Positions 10,084 to 19,663 of a stretch of 64,000 nucleotides of DNA are shown piece by piece. Source of the DNA: Acidimicrobiales bacterium (GTDB lineage: Bacteria > Actinomycetota > Acidimicrobiia > Acidimicrobiales > Bin134); contig OY760141.1 in NCBI GenBank assembly GCA_963663255.1, positions 1,823,584 to 1,887,583 of the forward strand, written 5' to 3'. How positions within the stretch are numbered: position 1 is the stretch's first letter; the number at the start of each line of letters is the position of its first letter. The translations under genes and the position numbers were made by a program. The notes under the pieces were generated by a model that ran no database searches, was not told the DNA's origin, and saw only the letters and a program-made list of their open reading frames with translations.

Positions 10084-10105
10084 ACCCGCATCGTAGGCTC
10101 ACCGC
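10084..10105. promoter_or_regulatory. Bidirectional leaderless promoter with overlapping -10 boxes
   Basis: + strand TAGGCT (10094-10099)-6 nt-ATG; - strand TACGAT (10095-10090)-6 nt-ATG. Confidence 0.7.
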
Positions 10106-10885
10106 ATGTCCGGTGCAGAGCCCCCAGAAGTGCGTTATGCCATGTCGGAGATCGACGAGGAGGGGGAAGGCCCGCGTCTGGCTCTGTTGGAGGCCATTCT
10201 CGACGGGCCCACCTTCGCCCGGCTGGAGCGAATCGATGTGGGGAGCGGATGGCGGTGTGCCGATGTGGGGGCTGGTCGAGGGTCGGTGTCGAATTGGCTG
10301 CGAGATCGTGGTGCTGAGGTGGTTTCCGCCGACATCATGCCCCGATTCTTGAGCGGCCCCGATATTCGCACGCACGACATCTGCGACGGCCCGGTGGAGG
10401 AATCGGCCTTCGACTTAGTGCACTGTCGGGCATTGCTCGCCCATGTGGCCGATTTCAATGCGGCAGTGGACAACTTGGTTGGCTCGGCTCGACCGGGAGG
10501 ATGGGTCATGGTCGCTGAGCCCGACTACGGGACCATGATGGAGTGCGAACCCGACCATCCCCGAGCCGAGGTGTTCCGTAGCTTCCGAGAGCGATCGGCT
10601 GCTGGAACCCGTATGGACGCATTCGTTGGCCGCCGCGTCCACCAGGTGTTTGGTGACCGTCTAGAAGATGTGTCCTCAGAAGGGCTGACCGACATTGTGA
10701 GTGGTGGTTCACTGCGGGCCCGGTACCGCCGCTTCACCATGGAGGTGGCCCGCCCGCTCAGCGCTCGACGGGACGACTACGACGAAGCGGACTATGACGA
10801 ACTGTTGGCCTGCTTTGACGATCCCACCTTCCGCTACATCGATTGCCTTTGGGTTGCTGTCTGGGGAAAGAGACCCGTGGGGTAG
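10106..10885 (+). CDS. Class I SAM-dependent methyltransferase
   Basis: CADVGAGRG motif I, FDLVHCRALL, RPGG. Confidence 0.88.
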   Translation: MSGAEPPEVRYAMSEIDEEGEGPRLALLEAILDGPTFARLERIDVGSGWRCADVGAGRGSVSNWLRDRGAEVVSADIMPRFLSGPDIRTHDICDGPVEESAFDLVHCRALLAHVADFNAAVDNLVGSARPGGWVMVAEPDYGTMMECEPDHPRAEVFRSFRERSAAGTRMDAFVGRRVHQVFGDRLEDVSSEGLTDIVSGGSLRARYRRFTMEVARPLSARRDDYDEADYDELLACFDDPTFRYIDCLWVAVWGKRPVG

Positions 10886-10905
10886 GCGCGTGGTAAGCCA
10901 TCGGG

Positions 10906-12264
10906 ATGGCTGAAGAGTTCAATCACGATTTGCCCGATGGAATTACCGACTGGATCGCCGAGGCGGGTGGTGGCCGGATAACCCATCTGAAGCGCCACAT
11001 AGCCCGGCGGGAGGCGTGGGTGGTGGATGTGACCCGCCCCGACGGATCGGTCGCCGAGTACTTCTTGCGCCTCGACCGTGAAGGAGACGGCAGCGGCACC
11101 CACTCGGTGAAGAGCGAGGCCAAAGTGCAAACTGCGCTGGTCGAGACCGGCATGAAGGTTCCCGCTATCTGTGCGTGGAATGAAGATCTCCAGGCCGCCC
11201 TCCACGAGCGGATGCCCGGGCGGGCCGACTTGGACAACGCCGACCCTGAAGAGCAGGCCGCGGTGCTCGAGGACTTCATTCAGCAACTAGCGCTTCTCCA
11301 CTCCTTGGACCCCGACTCGTTGGGACTTGATCACATGCCGGTGCCCACTACCTCGGCCGAGTGTGCCTTGGGCGAGGTGGATTTTGTGGAGCGTTTTCTC
11401 GACGGCATGGTGACCGATCCGCTGTACACCTATTCGCTCCAGTGGATCCGGAACCATGTGCCCGAGCGCCTCGACCGGGTGAGCCTCTTGCAGGGAGACA
11501 CTGGACCGGCCAACTTCATGTTCGAAGATGGGCAGGTGAGCGCCATCGTCGACTGGGAATGGGCTCATTTTGGAGATCCCATGGAGGATTTCGGCAACAT
11601 CTGCACTCGGGAGTTCTTCTGTCCTTCGACCCCGGACGAGGGTCTTGGACCGATCATTCGCCGCTACGAGGAGCTGTCCGGTTTTCCGGTACACCTCGAC
11701 TCGGTGCGCTACTACCGAGTGCAGCAGTTCGTGCGATCAATCGTGTCGTTGGCCCGGATAACCGTGATCAACGATCCCCAGATGCCCAACGGTATGAACT
11801 GGGCCTACCGCTACATCTGTGAGCGGGCCACGTGCGAGGCGCTGGCCGACGCCATGGGAATCGAGTTGGAGCGGCCGGAGCTGCCCGAGGTTGAGATGGC
11901 CAGCTCACTAGAACGCGTGGTTATCGCCAACATGCGCGACGAGGTGCTGCCGGCGGTAGAGGGCGACTTTCCCCGGCACCGGTTGGAGCACGCCACTCTG
12001 TTGGTGGAGTGCTTGGACCGACAGAAGCAGATCGGTCCCCAGCTGGCAACCATCGAGTTGGATGAGATCGCCGCCCTCACTGGCCGCCGGTCCGACTCGC
12101 TCGAAGATGGGCTGATGGATCTGGATAAGGCCATCCAAGACCAGGATGCAGGAAGCGAGGCCGATGTGCTCCGCTATCTGGCCCGCCGGGCCTGGCGCTT
12201 GGAGCATCTCTGGAAGCCAGTGGTGGACTTGTTCCCCGGCCGGGCCTTTTCGAGAATCGATTAG
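10906..12264 (+). CDS. Phosphotransferase (APH/ACAD10-like) family protein
   Basis: LLQGDTGPANFM, IVDWEWAHFGDPMED. Confidence 0.85.
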   Translation: MAEEFNHDLPDGITDWIAEAGGGRITHLKRHIARREAWVVDVTRPDGSVAEYFLRLDREGDGSGTHSVKSEAKVQTALVETGMKVPAICAWNEDLQAALHERMPGRADLDNADPEEQAAVLEDFIQQLALLHSLDPDSLGLDHMPVPTTSAECALGEVDFVERFLDGMVTDPLYTYSLQWIRNHVPERLDRVSLLQGDTGPANFMFEDGQVSAIVDWEWAHFGDPMEDFGNICTREFFCPSTPDEGLGPIIRRYEELSGFPVHLDSVRYYRVQQFVRSIVSLARITVINDPQMPNGMNWAYRYICERATCEALADAMGIELERPELPEVEMASSLERVVIANMRDEVLPAVEGDFPRHRLEHATLLVECLDRQKQIGPQLATIELDEIAALTGRRSDSLEDGLMDLDKAIQDQDAGSEADVLRYLARRAWRLEHLWKPVVDLFPGRAFSRID

Positions 12265-13056
12265 CTAGCGCCGAGTCATCATCTCGATCATGTTCACCAG
12301 ATAGCCGTTGGAATCAGCCCGCTTGGCTTGGGCGGTATCCAGCAGGGCGGCAGAGGCGAATCCCTCGAAGTCGTCGTTGCCTAGCTTGGCGATTAGCGCC
12401 TTGGCCACATCCACCGGATCCATGAACGCATCGGGGGGTTGGGGGAACGGGTCGTCGTTCCCCGGCTTCGGGGTGGAGAACTCGGTGGCGGTGGACCCGG
12501 GGGTGAACAGATGAGCCTTAACACCAGTCCCGGTCAGATCGAAGTAGAGTCCCTCGGTAAACAGATTGAGAGCGGCTTTGGCCGCGGCGTAGGCCCCGGT
12601 TCGAAAGGCCATCGACTGCGTGCCCATGGATGACACATTCACGATGGCTCCCGAATCCCTTTCCAGCATGTAGGGCAAAAGAGCCAAGGCGAGCCGAGCC
12701 GAACCGGTGAAGTTGACCGCCATCGTCTCGTCCAATTCCTCAGGCGTGAGTCGCTTCATCGACCGCCGGCGTGGAGCGCCTGCGTTGTTCACCAGTACGT
12801 CGATGGGCCCCATCTCAGCCCAGGCGCGATCGGCGAACGGCGCCACGCTGTTCAAGTCGGCCAAGTCCAGCGTCCACCAACAGCCGTCGCCGCCGACGTC
12901 TTGCACCTCGCCCAATACCTGTTCGAGCCGGTCACCCCGGCGGGCGGCCAAGCCTACGTACGCCCCACCCCGGGCCAGTTCAACAGCCAAGGCGGCCCCG
13001 ATGCCCGAGGAGGCACCGGTGATGAGCACCCTTTGGCCAGACGGATCCCAGCTCAT
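12265..13056 (-). CDS. SDR family oxidoreductase
   Basis: TGASSGIG, NNAG, YAAAK. Confidence 0.92.
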   Translation of the reverse strand: MSWDPSGQRVLITGASSGIGAALAVELARGGAYVGLAARRGDRLEQVLGEVQDVGGDGCWWTLDLADLNSVAPFADRAWAEMGPIDVLVNNAGAPRRRSMKRLTPEELDETMAVNFTGSARLALALLPYMLERDSGAIVNVSSMGTQSMAFRTGAYAAAKAALNLFTEGLYFDLTGTGVKAHLFTPGSTATEFSTPKPGNDDPFPQPPDAFMDPVDVAKALIAKLGNDDFEGFASAALLDTAQAKRADSNGYLVNMIEMMTRR

Positions 13057-13799
13057 CCTGCGGTCATGCCGCCGTCGATGCTCAGCACGGAGCCATGGAT
13101 TCTGTTTCCATCGTCGGAGGCGATGTAGGCCACCAAAGAAGCGATGTCGTCGGCCTGCGCCATTCCCCGCATCCCCATGTACCGCCCCATCAGCTCCATG
13201 TCGGGATTATCGGGAAAGCCGAAGGCGGCGGCCAGATTGGTTTCCACCCCGCCAGGGGCAATGGCGTTGATCCGCATGCCGGTCTTCATTGTCTCCATGG
13301 CCATGGCCTTGGTCATCAACACCACCGCTCCTTTGCTGGCGCAGTAGGGCACGGTGTAGGCCTGTCCCATCAATCCGGCGTTGGAAGCAATGTTCACGAT
13401 GCATCCGTCCGATGACTCCAAGTGGGGGAGCGCGGCCTGTGACATCCAGAAGACGCCTTCTACGTTTACCCCCATGATCAGATCCCAGACTTCCTGATCG
13501 ACGTCGCCCACGCGATGGCCCCGGGCCACTCCGGCGACGTTGCACAGCACATCGAGGCGACCGTGATCAGCCACCACCGAAGCCACCAGCTCATAGCAAG
13601 CATCTCTGCTGCGCACGTCGGAGACTTGCGGATGGAACGCGGCATCGTCGCCCATCATTCCTGCGGTTTCCTCCAGCCCTGCCCCGTTGATGTCACTGCC
13701 GACAACAACGGCTCCCTCGCTGGCCAGTCGAGCTGCAGTGGCCTGACCGATTCCCGATCCTGCTCCGGTAACCAGAGCCACCTTCCCGGAAAATCTCAT
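13053..13799 (-). CDS. SDR family oxidoreductase
   Basis: TGAGSGIG, NVAG, YCASK, DGG. Confidence 0.92.
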   Translation of the reverse strand: MRFSGKVALVTGAGSGIGQATAARLASEGAVVVGSDINGAGLEETAGMMGDDAAFHPQVSDVRSRDACYELVASVVADHGRLDVLCNVAGVARGHRVGDVDQEVWDLIMGVNVEGVFWMSQAALPHLESSDGCIVNIASNAGLMGQAYTVPYCASKGAVVLMTKAMAMETMKTGMRINAIAPGGVETNLAAAFGFPDNPDMELMGRYMGMRGMAQADDIASLVAYIASDDGNRIHGSVLSIDGGMTAG

Positions 13800-13828
13800 A
13801 GTGTGTCCTCTTTCTTGCGGTCAGCAGG

Positions 13829-14680
13829 TTAGGGAAGCCCGGCCCCGGGAATCTCCACCCGCACGGTCTCAATTCGGGCTTGGCCAAGGCCTTGCACCTC
13901 ATCAGGGTGAGATCCCGGTGCAGTGACCAAAAAGAGCGTACGCCGGTCGTCTCCCCCCAGCATGACCGCGAAGCAGTTGAGCTCCGTCTCCACCCGGTGG
14001 GTGATGTCGCCCCCTTCAAGCACCCTCAGGGCGGCCCGGCCCACCGCATCGGCGTACCAAATGCCTCCCTCGGCGTCGTAGCAGCATCCGTCGGGGACGG
14101 TGCCGGGAACCGCAGCCCACAGACGCCGGTTCTCCAGCCGGCCCTCCGGCCCGATGTCGAAAGCGGTGAACTGAGTACCAAAGCTCTCGCCCACGATGTA
14201 TGTGGCGCCGTCGGGGGTGATCACCGCACCGTTGGGGAACAGCAGGTCGCCGGCCGCAGCCTCTGCCGTGCCGTCGGGCTGCACCAATGCCAGGGTGGCT
14301 GCGGCCACATCCTCACCACCGTGCAGGTCGAATCCGAAGTTGCCCACATAGGCCCGTCCTTCGGCATCCACGGTCATGTCGTTGCACAGCGAAGTGGCAA
14401 TTCCGGAAACATCAGCGTGCTCGTGGAGGGTGGTTCCGTCGTAGCGCAGCACCCGCCGGTCCCTCATCGACACCACCAGCAGGTCGCCGTCGGGCATCCA
14501 CCCCAGCCCTGACGGCTGGCCGGGCACCTCCACGATCACCTCGACGGTGCCGTCCAGCGAAGCGGCGTTCACCGAGTATTGGTAGAAGTCCGAGAACCAC
14601 AGGCGGCCGTCGTGCCACCGGGGACCCTCGCCGAAGTCGATTCCTCCGATGAACGGCTCGGGACTGGGAAGCATCTCCAT
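13829..14680 (-). CDS. SMP-30/gluconolactonase/LRE family protein
   Basis: GEGPRW, CNDMTVD, FPNG, PDG. Confidence 0.88.
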   Translation of the reverse strand: MEMLPSPEPFIGGIDFGEGPRWHDGRLWFSDFYQYSVNAASLDGTVEVIVEVPGQPSGLGWMPDGDLLVVSMRDRRVLRYDGTTLHEHADVSGIATSLCNDMTVDAEGRAYVGNFGFDLHGGEDVAAATLALVQPDGTAEAAAGDLLFPNGAVITPDGATYIVGESFGTQFTAFDIGPEGRLENRRLWAAVPGTVPDGCCYDAEGGIWYADAVGRAALRVLEGGDITHRVETELNCFAVMLGGDDRRTLFLVTAPGSHPDEVQGLGQARIETVRVEIPGAGLP

Positions 14681-14700
14681 GCCGGGGGACAATAGCGACT

Positions 14701-15882
14701 GTGAACGAGCTCGCTGTTGTAGACCTCACCGATCCAGGCTTCTGGTCGAACCCCTATCCGGTGTTGGCCGAGGCCCGAGACCGTCACCCGCTGGCCCGGG
14801 GAATCGATGGGAGCCTGATCGCATTGAGCTTCGACGCGGTGGAATCGGTGTTGCGCGACCCCCGGTTCTTGACCACCGACCTTTTGGCGCCTCGAGGAAT
14901 CACCGAGGGGCCGATCGCCGATTGGTGGGGGCAGGTCATGTTCTCGGCCAATCCACCGGAGCACACTCGGCTGCGCCGCCTGGTCAGTCGGGCGTTTACG
15001 CCTCGGGCAGTGGAGTCGCTTCGCCCCCGCGTGGTGCAGATCACCGAAGAGTTGTTGGACGGATTCCAGGGCCACACCGCGGACTTGGTAGCTGAGTTTG
15101 CCCATGAGCTTCCGATCAGAGTGATGGCAGCCATGCTCGGGGTTCCTGCCGGCGATCACCATCGCTTCGCGGCCTGGACCGCCGACCTGGGCTTGGTCTT
15201 CTCCTCGGTCCATACCCCCGAGTTGCTGGCTCGCTTGGAGGCGGCCATCAGCGGCCTCAACAAATATGTCGCCGAGCTGATTGCCGATCGCCGAGCACAG
15301 CCAGGCGATGACATGCTCAGTGGCCTCATCGCCGCTGAGGCCGACGGAGACGCATTGAGCGAGGCCGAGCTGGTGGCCATGGTGGAGAACTTGCTCTTCG
15401 CCGGCCACGACACCACCCGCTCCATGCTGATGATTGGCGCCTCGTTGCTGCTTTCTCATTCTGATCAGCGAGCCTTGTTGTCTAATGATCCGAGCCTGGC
15501 TGCCCAAGCAGTCGACGAGATCCTCCGCTTTGAGGCCCCGGTGCTGGGGTCGGGGAGGGATGCCGCTGAGCCCTTCGACCTGTTCGGGGTGCCGGTGGCG
15601 GCCGGGGAGACAGTCACCACGATGTCGCTGGCGGCCAATCGCGACCCGGCCGCATTCGACGATCCCGACCGATTCGATATCACCCGGTCGGGAGGCAAGC
15701 TGATGAGCTTCGGCCAAGGCATCCACTACTGCCTGGGGGCGGCCCTTGCCCGGTTGGAAGGCCAAGTGGCCTTTCCCATGCTCTTGGCGCGATATCCCAC
15801 CATGGAGTTGGCTGCCGGTCCAGCCTGGGTGCCCTATGCCTCTATACGCCGATTTGAACAGCTCATCGTGACGATAGATTGA
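14701..15882 (+). CDS. Cytochrome P450
   Basis: HTRLRRLV, FAGHDTT, EILR, FGQGIHYCLG. Confidence 0.95.
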   Translation: MNELAVVDLTDPGFWSNPYPVLAEARDRHPLARGIDGSLIALSFDAVESVLRDPRFLTTDLLAPRGITEGPIADWWGQVMFSANPPEHTRLRRLVSRAFTPRAVESLRPRVVQITEELLDGFQGHTADLVAEFAHELPIRVMAAMLGVPAGDHHRFAAWTADLGLVFSSVHTPELLARLEAAISGLNKYVAELIADRRAQPGDDMLSGLIAAEADGDALSEAELVAMVENLLFAGHDTTRSMLMIGASLLLSHSDQRALLSNDPSLAAQAVDEILRFEAPVLGSGRDAAEPFDLFGVPVAAGETVTTMSLAANRDPAAFDDPDRFDITRSGGKLMSFGQGIHYCLGAALARLEGQVAFPMLLARYPTMELAAGPAWVPYASIRRFEQLIVTID

Positions 15883-15889
15883 AGCTGAG

Positions 15890-16786
15890 ATGTTTCACCT
15901 GGTCAGGTCGCGAGTGATCAATTCGGTGAGCGGCATGTTCGCCCACGCAGATATACCGCTGAGGCATACCGGCGATTTTCCCGGCGACCCTGGACTCTGC
16001 GGTCCCGATTCAGTGAGCTGGCGGGTTATCGGCGACGTGAGTGTTTTCGTCGGTGGTATTCGGGCCCTGTTGATTCAAGCCGCCCATCCGGAAGTGGTGG
16101 CTGGGGTGGACGACCACAGTCGTTATCGCGACGACCCCCTGGGCCGGCTCAGCCGGACATCGTTCTATGTCACGTCGGCCACCTATGGCGCGATGCCCGA
16201 AGTAGCCGAGGCCATCAACCAGGTGAAGTCGGCCCACCAAGGGGTGAGCGGGACCTCGCATCGGGGACAGGCCTATAGCGCATCGACCCCGGAGTTGGCC
16301 GCATGGGTCCACAACACCCTCACCGATTCCTTCTTGGAGGCCTACCAGCGGTTCGGAGGCCGCTTGACCGTGGCCGAAGCCGACCAATTCGTGGTCGAGC
16401 AGACGAAGGTGGGGGAGATGCTGGGAGCATCGCCCCTGCCGGCAACGGCGGCTGAATTGAGGGCCTGGATATCCGGACACCCTGCGCTGGCCTCCAGTCC
16501 GGGGATGCGCGACGCCATCAGATTCCTTCGGAAACCCCCGATCTCCTCGGCCCAGCGTGCGGGGTACCAGGTTCTGATGAACGGGGCAATTACCACGATT
16601 CCCCGTCGGCTGACCACAGTGCTGGGACTGACCGCCTCACCCGGAGCACGAGTGGCCGCCACCGCGATGACCCTCGGGCTTCGGCGGGTGATGATGAACA
16701 GTCCAGCGTGGCAGGCGGCCCTGGAACGGTGTGATGTGGCCTACGATCCCCGTCTCTTCCGCGACAAGCGGGAAGAAGCCGCCTAG
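15890..16786 (+). CDS. Oxygenase MpaB/DUF2236 family protein
   Basis: GPDSVSWRV, ALLIQAAHPEVVAGVDDHS, GRLSRT, WVHNTL. Confidence 0.85.
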   Translation: MFHLVRSRVINSVSGMFAHADIPLRHTGDFPGDPGLCGPDSVSWRVIGDVSVFVGGIRALLIQAAHPEVVAGVDDHSRYRDDPLGRLSRTSFYVTSATYGAMPEVAEAINQVKSAHQGVSGTSHRGQAYSASTPELAAWVHNTLTDSFLEAYQRFGGRLTVAEADQFVVEQTKVGEMLGASPLPATAAELRAWISGHPALASSPGMRDAIRFLRKPPISSAQRAGYQVLMNGAITTIPRRLTTVLGLTASPGARVAATAMTLGLRRVMMNSPAWQAALERCDVAYDPRLFRDKREEAA

Positions 16787-17976
16787 GGGGCCACAAGACC
16801 GGCCAGGTTGTCACGCATGATCATCCGGACCTCAGCATCGGACATCCCAGCCAGAGATTCCGTGAAGTCCAGCGGCTCAGCCAGGCCCTCGGCGTGGGGC
16901 CAGTCGGAGCCGAACAGCACCTGTGAGGCCCCGATGGAGCGGGCCAACTCGGCAATCGGCTCCTCGTGGTAGGGGGACACGAACACATGACGGCGGAAGA
17001 TGTCGCTGGGCTTCTCGGTGAGGGGGCCTCGCAGCCACGGCCCGTTGCGGCCCATGCGGTTCATCTTGTTCATGGCGGCCATCAGGTAGTCCACCCACAG
17101 GCTTCCGTTCTCTACGCTCATCACCCGGACGTTGGGAAACGCGGTGAAGAGGTTGGCGTAGATCAAGGCGGCGATCGTCTCCATGATCGGGCGGTCGCCG
17201 TAGAAGCAGGTCCATTGCAAGGCCGACTGCCGGTGCGAAGGGGGGTTGGGCTCCTCGCCCCAGTGCACCGACATCGACTGGTTGTAGCCCGACTCGCCGA
17301 TATGGAATCCGACGACTGCCCGGGCTTCGTTGATCCGTGCCCAGAACGGGTCGAAGACTGGGTCGGCGATGTTGCGGCCGCCAGCCGGTCCGGGGCGCAG
17401 GGACACGATTCGAGCTCCTCGGTCAAGCGCCCACTCCAATTCTGCTACCGCCCGGTCGGGATCTACCAGTGACAGCAGGGGAGGGGCGTGGATGCGCCCG
17501 TCCCGACTAAGGCCCCATTCGTCATCCAACCAGCGGTTGAAGGCGCCCAGGTTGGCGTACAACAAGTCTGGGTCGTCGACCATGAAGTGCTCCACGCACA
17601 CGGCCAATGTGGGGAACAGCACCGCGGCCTCCACATTCTGAGCGTCGAGCACCTTGACCCGGGCGGCACGGGTCACGTATTCGGGGCGGTGGGGTTCGGA
17701 GACCTGACTGCGCTTGACTACTTGGCCTCCGCCCTGGCCCTGTTTCATGGCTTGGAGCATCTCCCGCAGCATTCCCGGCTTGGGGGCGGTGTCGAAGCTG
17801 CGGTGCTCCAAGAAGGTGAACTGCCGATCGCCGATGTACACCTCTTCGGAGCCGTCGGGCTCGACCACGGGCCGCACTGCCTGATCAGCGAACGAAGGGT
17901 CGATGTATCGGGTGAAGGCGTCGCGGGGTTCGTAGTAGTGATTGTCGGCGTCGAACACCCGATATCCCAGATCCAT
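16783..17976 (-). CDS. Amidohydrolase family protein (amidohydrolase_2)
   Basis: FDADNHYYE, FHIGES, VENG, LFGSDWPHAEG; ATG 6 nt after TAACCT. Confidence 0.88.
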   Translation of the reverse strand: MDLGYRVFDADNHYYEPRDAFTRYIDPSFADQAVRPVVEPDGSEEVYIGDRQFTFLEHRSFDTAPKPGMLREMLQAMKQGQGGGQVVKRSQVSEPHRPEYVTRAARVKVLDAQNVEAAVLFPTLAVCVEHFMVDDPDLLYANLGAFNRWLDDEWGLSRDGRIHAPPLLSLVDPDRAVAELEWALDRGARIVSLRPGPAGGRNIADPVFDPFWARINEARAVVGFHIGESGYNQSMSVHWGEEPNPPSHRQSALQWTCFYGDRPIMETIAALIYANLFTAFPNVRVMSVENGSLWVDYLMAAMNKMNRMGRNGPWLRGPLTEKPSDIFRRHVFVSPYHEEPIAELARSIGASQVLFGSDWPHAEGLAEPLDFTESLAGMSDAEVRMIMRDNLAGLVAP

Positions 17977-18051
17977 GCGCACAGGTTACTCATTGGGCAT
18001 TTCGGGTTACTCCGGCAGCTGAGTCCTAAGAACTTGCCCCGAAGCATTGAT

Positions 18052-18065
18052 GTGAACATGTTTGA
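18052..18065. promoter_or_regulatory. KstR-like operator (one mismatch)
   Basis: GTGAACATGTTTGA versus TnnAACnnGTTnnA, between the divergent amidohydrolase and SDR genes. Confidence 0.45.
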
Positions 18066-18147
18066 ATCGCACAGGTTAGGGCGGCATGGGCATGGCAAGT
18101 AGGGTGGCGCCGGCAATCACCCCCCGAGCAACCAAGGAGAAACCGAG

Positions 18148-18945
18148 ATGGGACGGTTGGACGGAAAAGTAGCGATCATCACTGGAGCAGCCCGGGGTCA
18201 GGGAGAGGCCGAGGCCCGGCTTTTTGCCTCTGAGGGGGCCAAAGTCGTGCTCGGAGATGTCCTCGACGACGACGGCGAGCAGGTCGCGGCCAGCATCGGT
18301 GAGAACGCCCGCTTCGTGCACCTCGATGTGGCCCAAGAGGACGACTGGGCCGCGGCGGTAGAAGCAGCCGGCGGCATGGGATCGCTGACGGTTCTGGTCA
18401 ACAACGCGGCCATCCTCAGGCCAGCAGCCATCGAGGCCACCACCCTGGATGACTACATGGAGGTCATCAACGTCAACCAAGTGGGCACGTTCTTGGGCAT
18501 GAAGGCGGTGCTCGAACCCATGAAGATGGCCGGCGGCGGCTCCATCGTGAACATCAGCTCCATCGACGGCCAGCAATCCAAGAACGGCCTCATCAGCTAC
18601 ACCGCCTCGAAGTTCGCCATCCGGGGCATGACCAAGACCGCGGCCATCGAGTGGGGTCGGTTCGACATCAGGGTCAACTCCATCCACCCCGGCGGAGTGA
18701 ACACTCCCATGGGCAACCCCAGGAATGATCCTCGGGCGGAGAAGGAGCCCTACGTCTACCAGGCCATTCCCCGAGTGGGTGAGCCCATTGAGATTGCCTA
18801 CGCCGCTCTGTTCCTGGCCAGCGACGAGGCGTCGTACGTCACCGGCGCCGAGCTGAACGTGGACGGCGGCTGGCGAGCCGGGGCGGTCACCCCTGGCCTT
18901 CCCGGCACCGATCATGTGGTCGACTACGGCTACGACCCCGACTGA
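18148..18945 (+). CDS. SDR, 3-alpha(20-beta)-hydroxysteroid dehydrogenase-like
   Basis: TGAARGQGEAEARLF, YTASKFAIRGMTK, RVNSIHPG. Confidence 0.85.
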   Translation: MGRLDGKVAIITGAARGQGEAEARLFASEGAKVVLGDVLDDDGEQVAASIGENARFVHLDVAQEDDWAAAVEAAGGMGSLTVLVNNAAILRPAAIEATTLDDYMEVINVNQVGTFLGMKAVLEPMKMAGGGSIVNISSIDGQQSKNGLISYTASKFAIRGMTKTAAIEWGRFDIRVNSIHPGGVNTPMGNPRNDPRAEKEPYVYQAIPRVGEPIEIAYAALFLASDEASYVTGAELNVDGGWRAGAVTPGLPGTDHVVDYGYDPD

Positions 18946-18970
18946 CGGCCCAGCGATTCCTGTACTCACC

Positions 18971-19639
18971 TTGAGCGAAAAGCCACTCTGGGAGGCCCCA
19001 AGCGCTGCGTCCAGCCCTGACTACGGGGCTGGTACCAAGCGTCTGGAACTGGCCGGCGCGGCCCGCCGGTTGCTGAACGCGGCCAGGGTAACTGCGGTCG
19101 ACGATGGCGCGGTTTCCGAAGCCACTGAACTGCTGGAGCAAGCGGCCAAGCTCTTGGAGGCCGACCAGATGGAAGGGCTCCACCGCCAAGGGGTGATGGG
19201 CGACCTCGAAGCCGGATTCGAATCACGCGACCCCATGCAGTTTTTTCCCTATAGCCCGATCATCGGCCGATTGAACCCGGCCTCGCCCCCCGCCGAATTC
19301 TGGGCTGAGGGAGAGGAAGTCCACGGAAATATGAACCTGTCCGCGGTATACGCCGGGCCGCCCGGGATGGTCCACGGGGGGATCATTGCCATGGTGTTCG
19401 ACGAGCTTTTGGGCGTGGTCAACGTGGTCAACGGCCGTGGGGGCTATACCGGAACGCTGAAGGTGGTGTACCAGCGGCCCACTCCACTGCTCAAGGACAT
19501 CACCCTGCGGGCCTGGCCGTCGGGCAGCGAGGGACGGAAGCTATATGTGTCGGGCGAGATGGTCTGTGACGGGACGGTTACCGCCTCTGCCGAGGGGACT
19601 TTCGTTCGGGCCAACCGTCTACTCATCGAAGATCTATAG
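18971..19639 (+). CDS. PaaI family thioesterase
   Basis: SPIIGRLNP, GPPGMVHGG..FDELLG, YTGTL; start uncertain. Confidence 0.82.
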   Translation: MSEKPLWEAPSAASSPDYGAGTKRLELAGAARRLLNAARVTAVDDGAVSEATELLEQAAKLLEADQMEGLHRQGVMGDLEAGFESRDPMQFFPYSPIIGRLNPASPPAEFWAEGEEVHGNMNLSAVYAGPPGMVHGGIIAMVFDELLGVVNVVNGRGGYTGTLKVVYQRPTPLLKDITLRAWPSGSEGRKLYVSGEMVCDGTVTASAEGTFVRANRLLIEDL

Positions 19640-19663
19640 GGATCATCAACAACTGGAGGACCA

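Noticed and set aside
14569-15765. Long antisense ORFs (also 3381-4472, 27068-28036, 43678-44889, 60222-61202)
   Set aside because: High-GC shadow frames opposite well-supported genes; no recognisable motifs.
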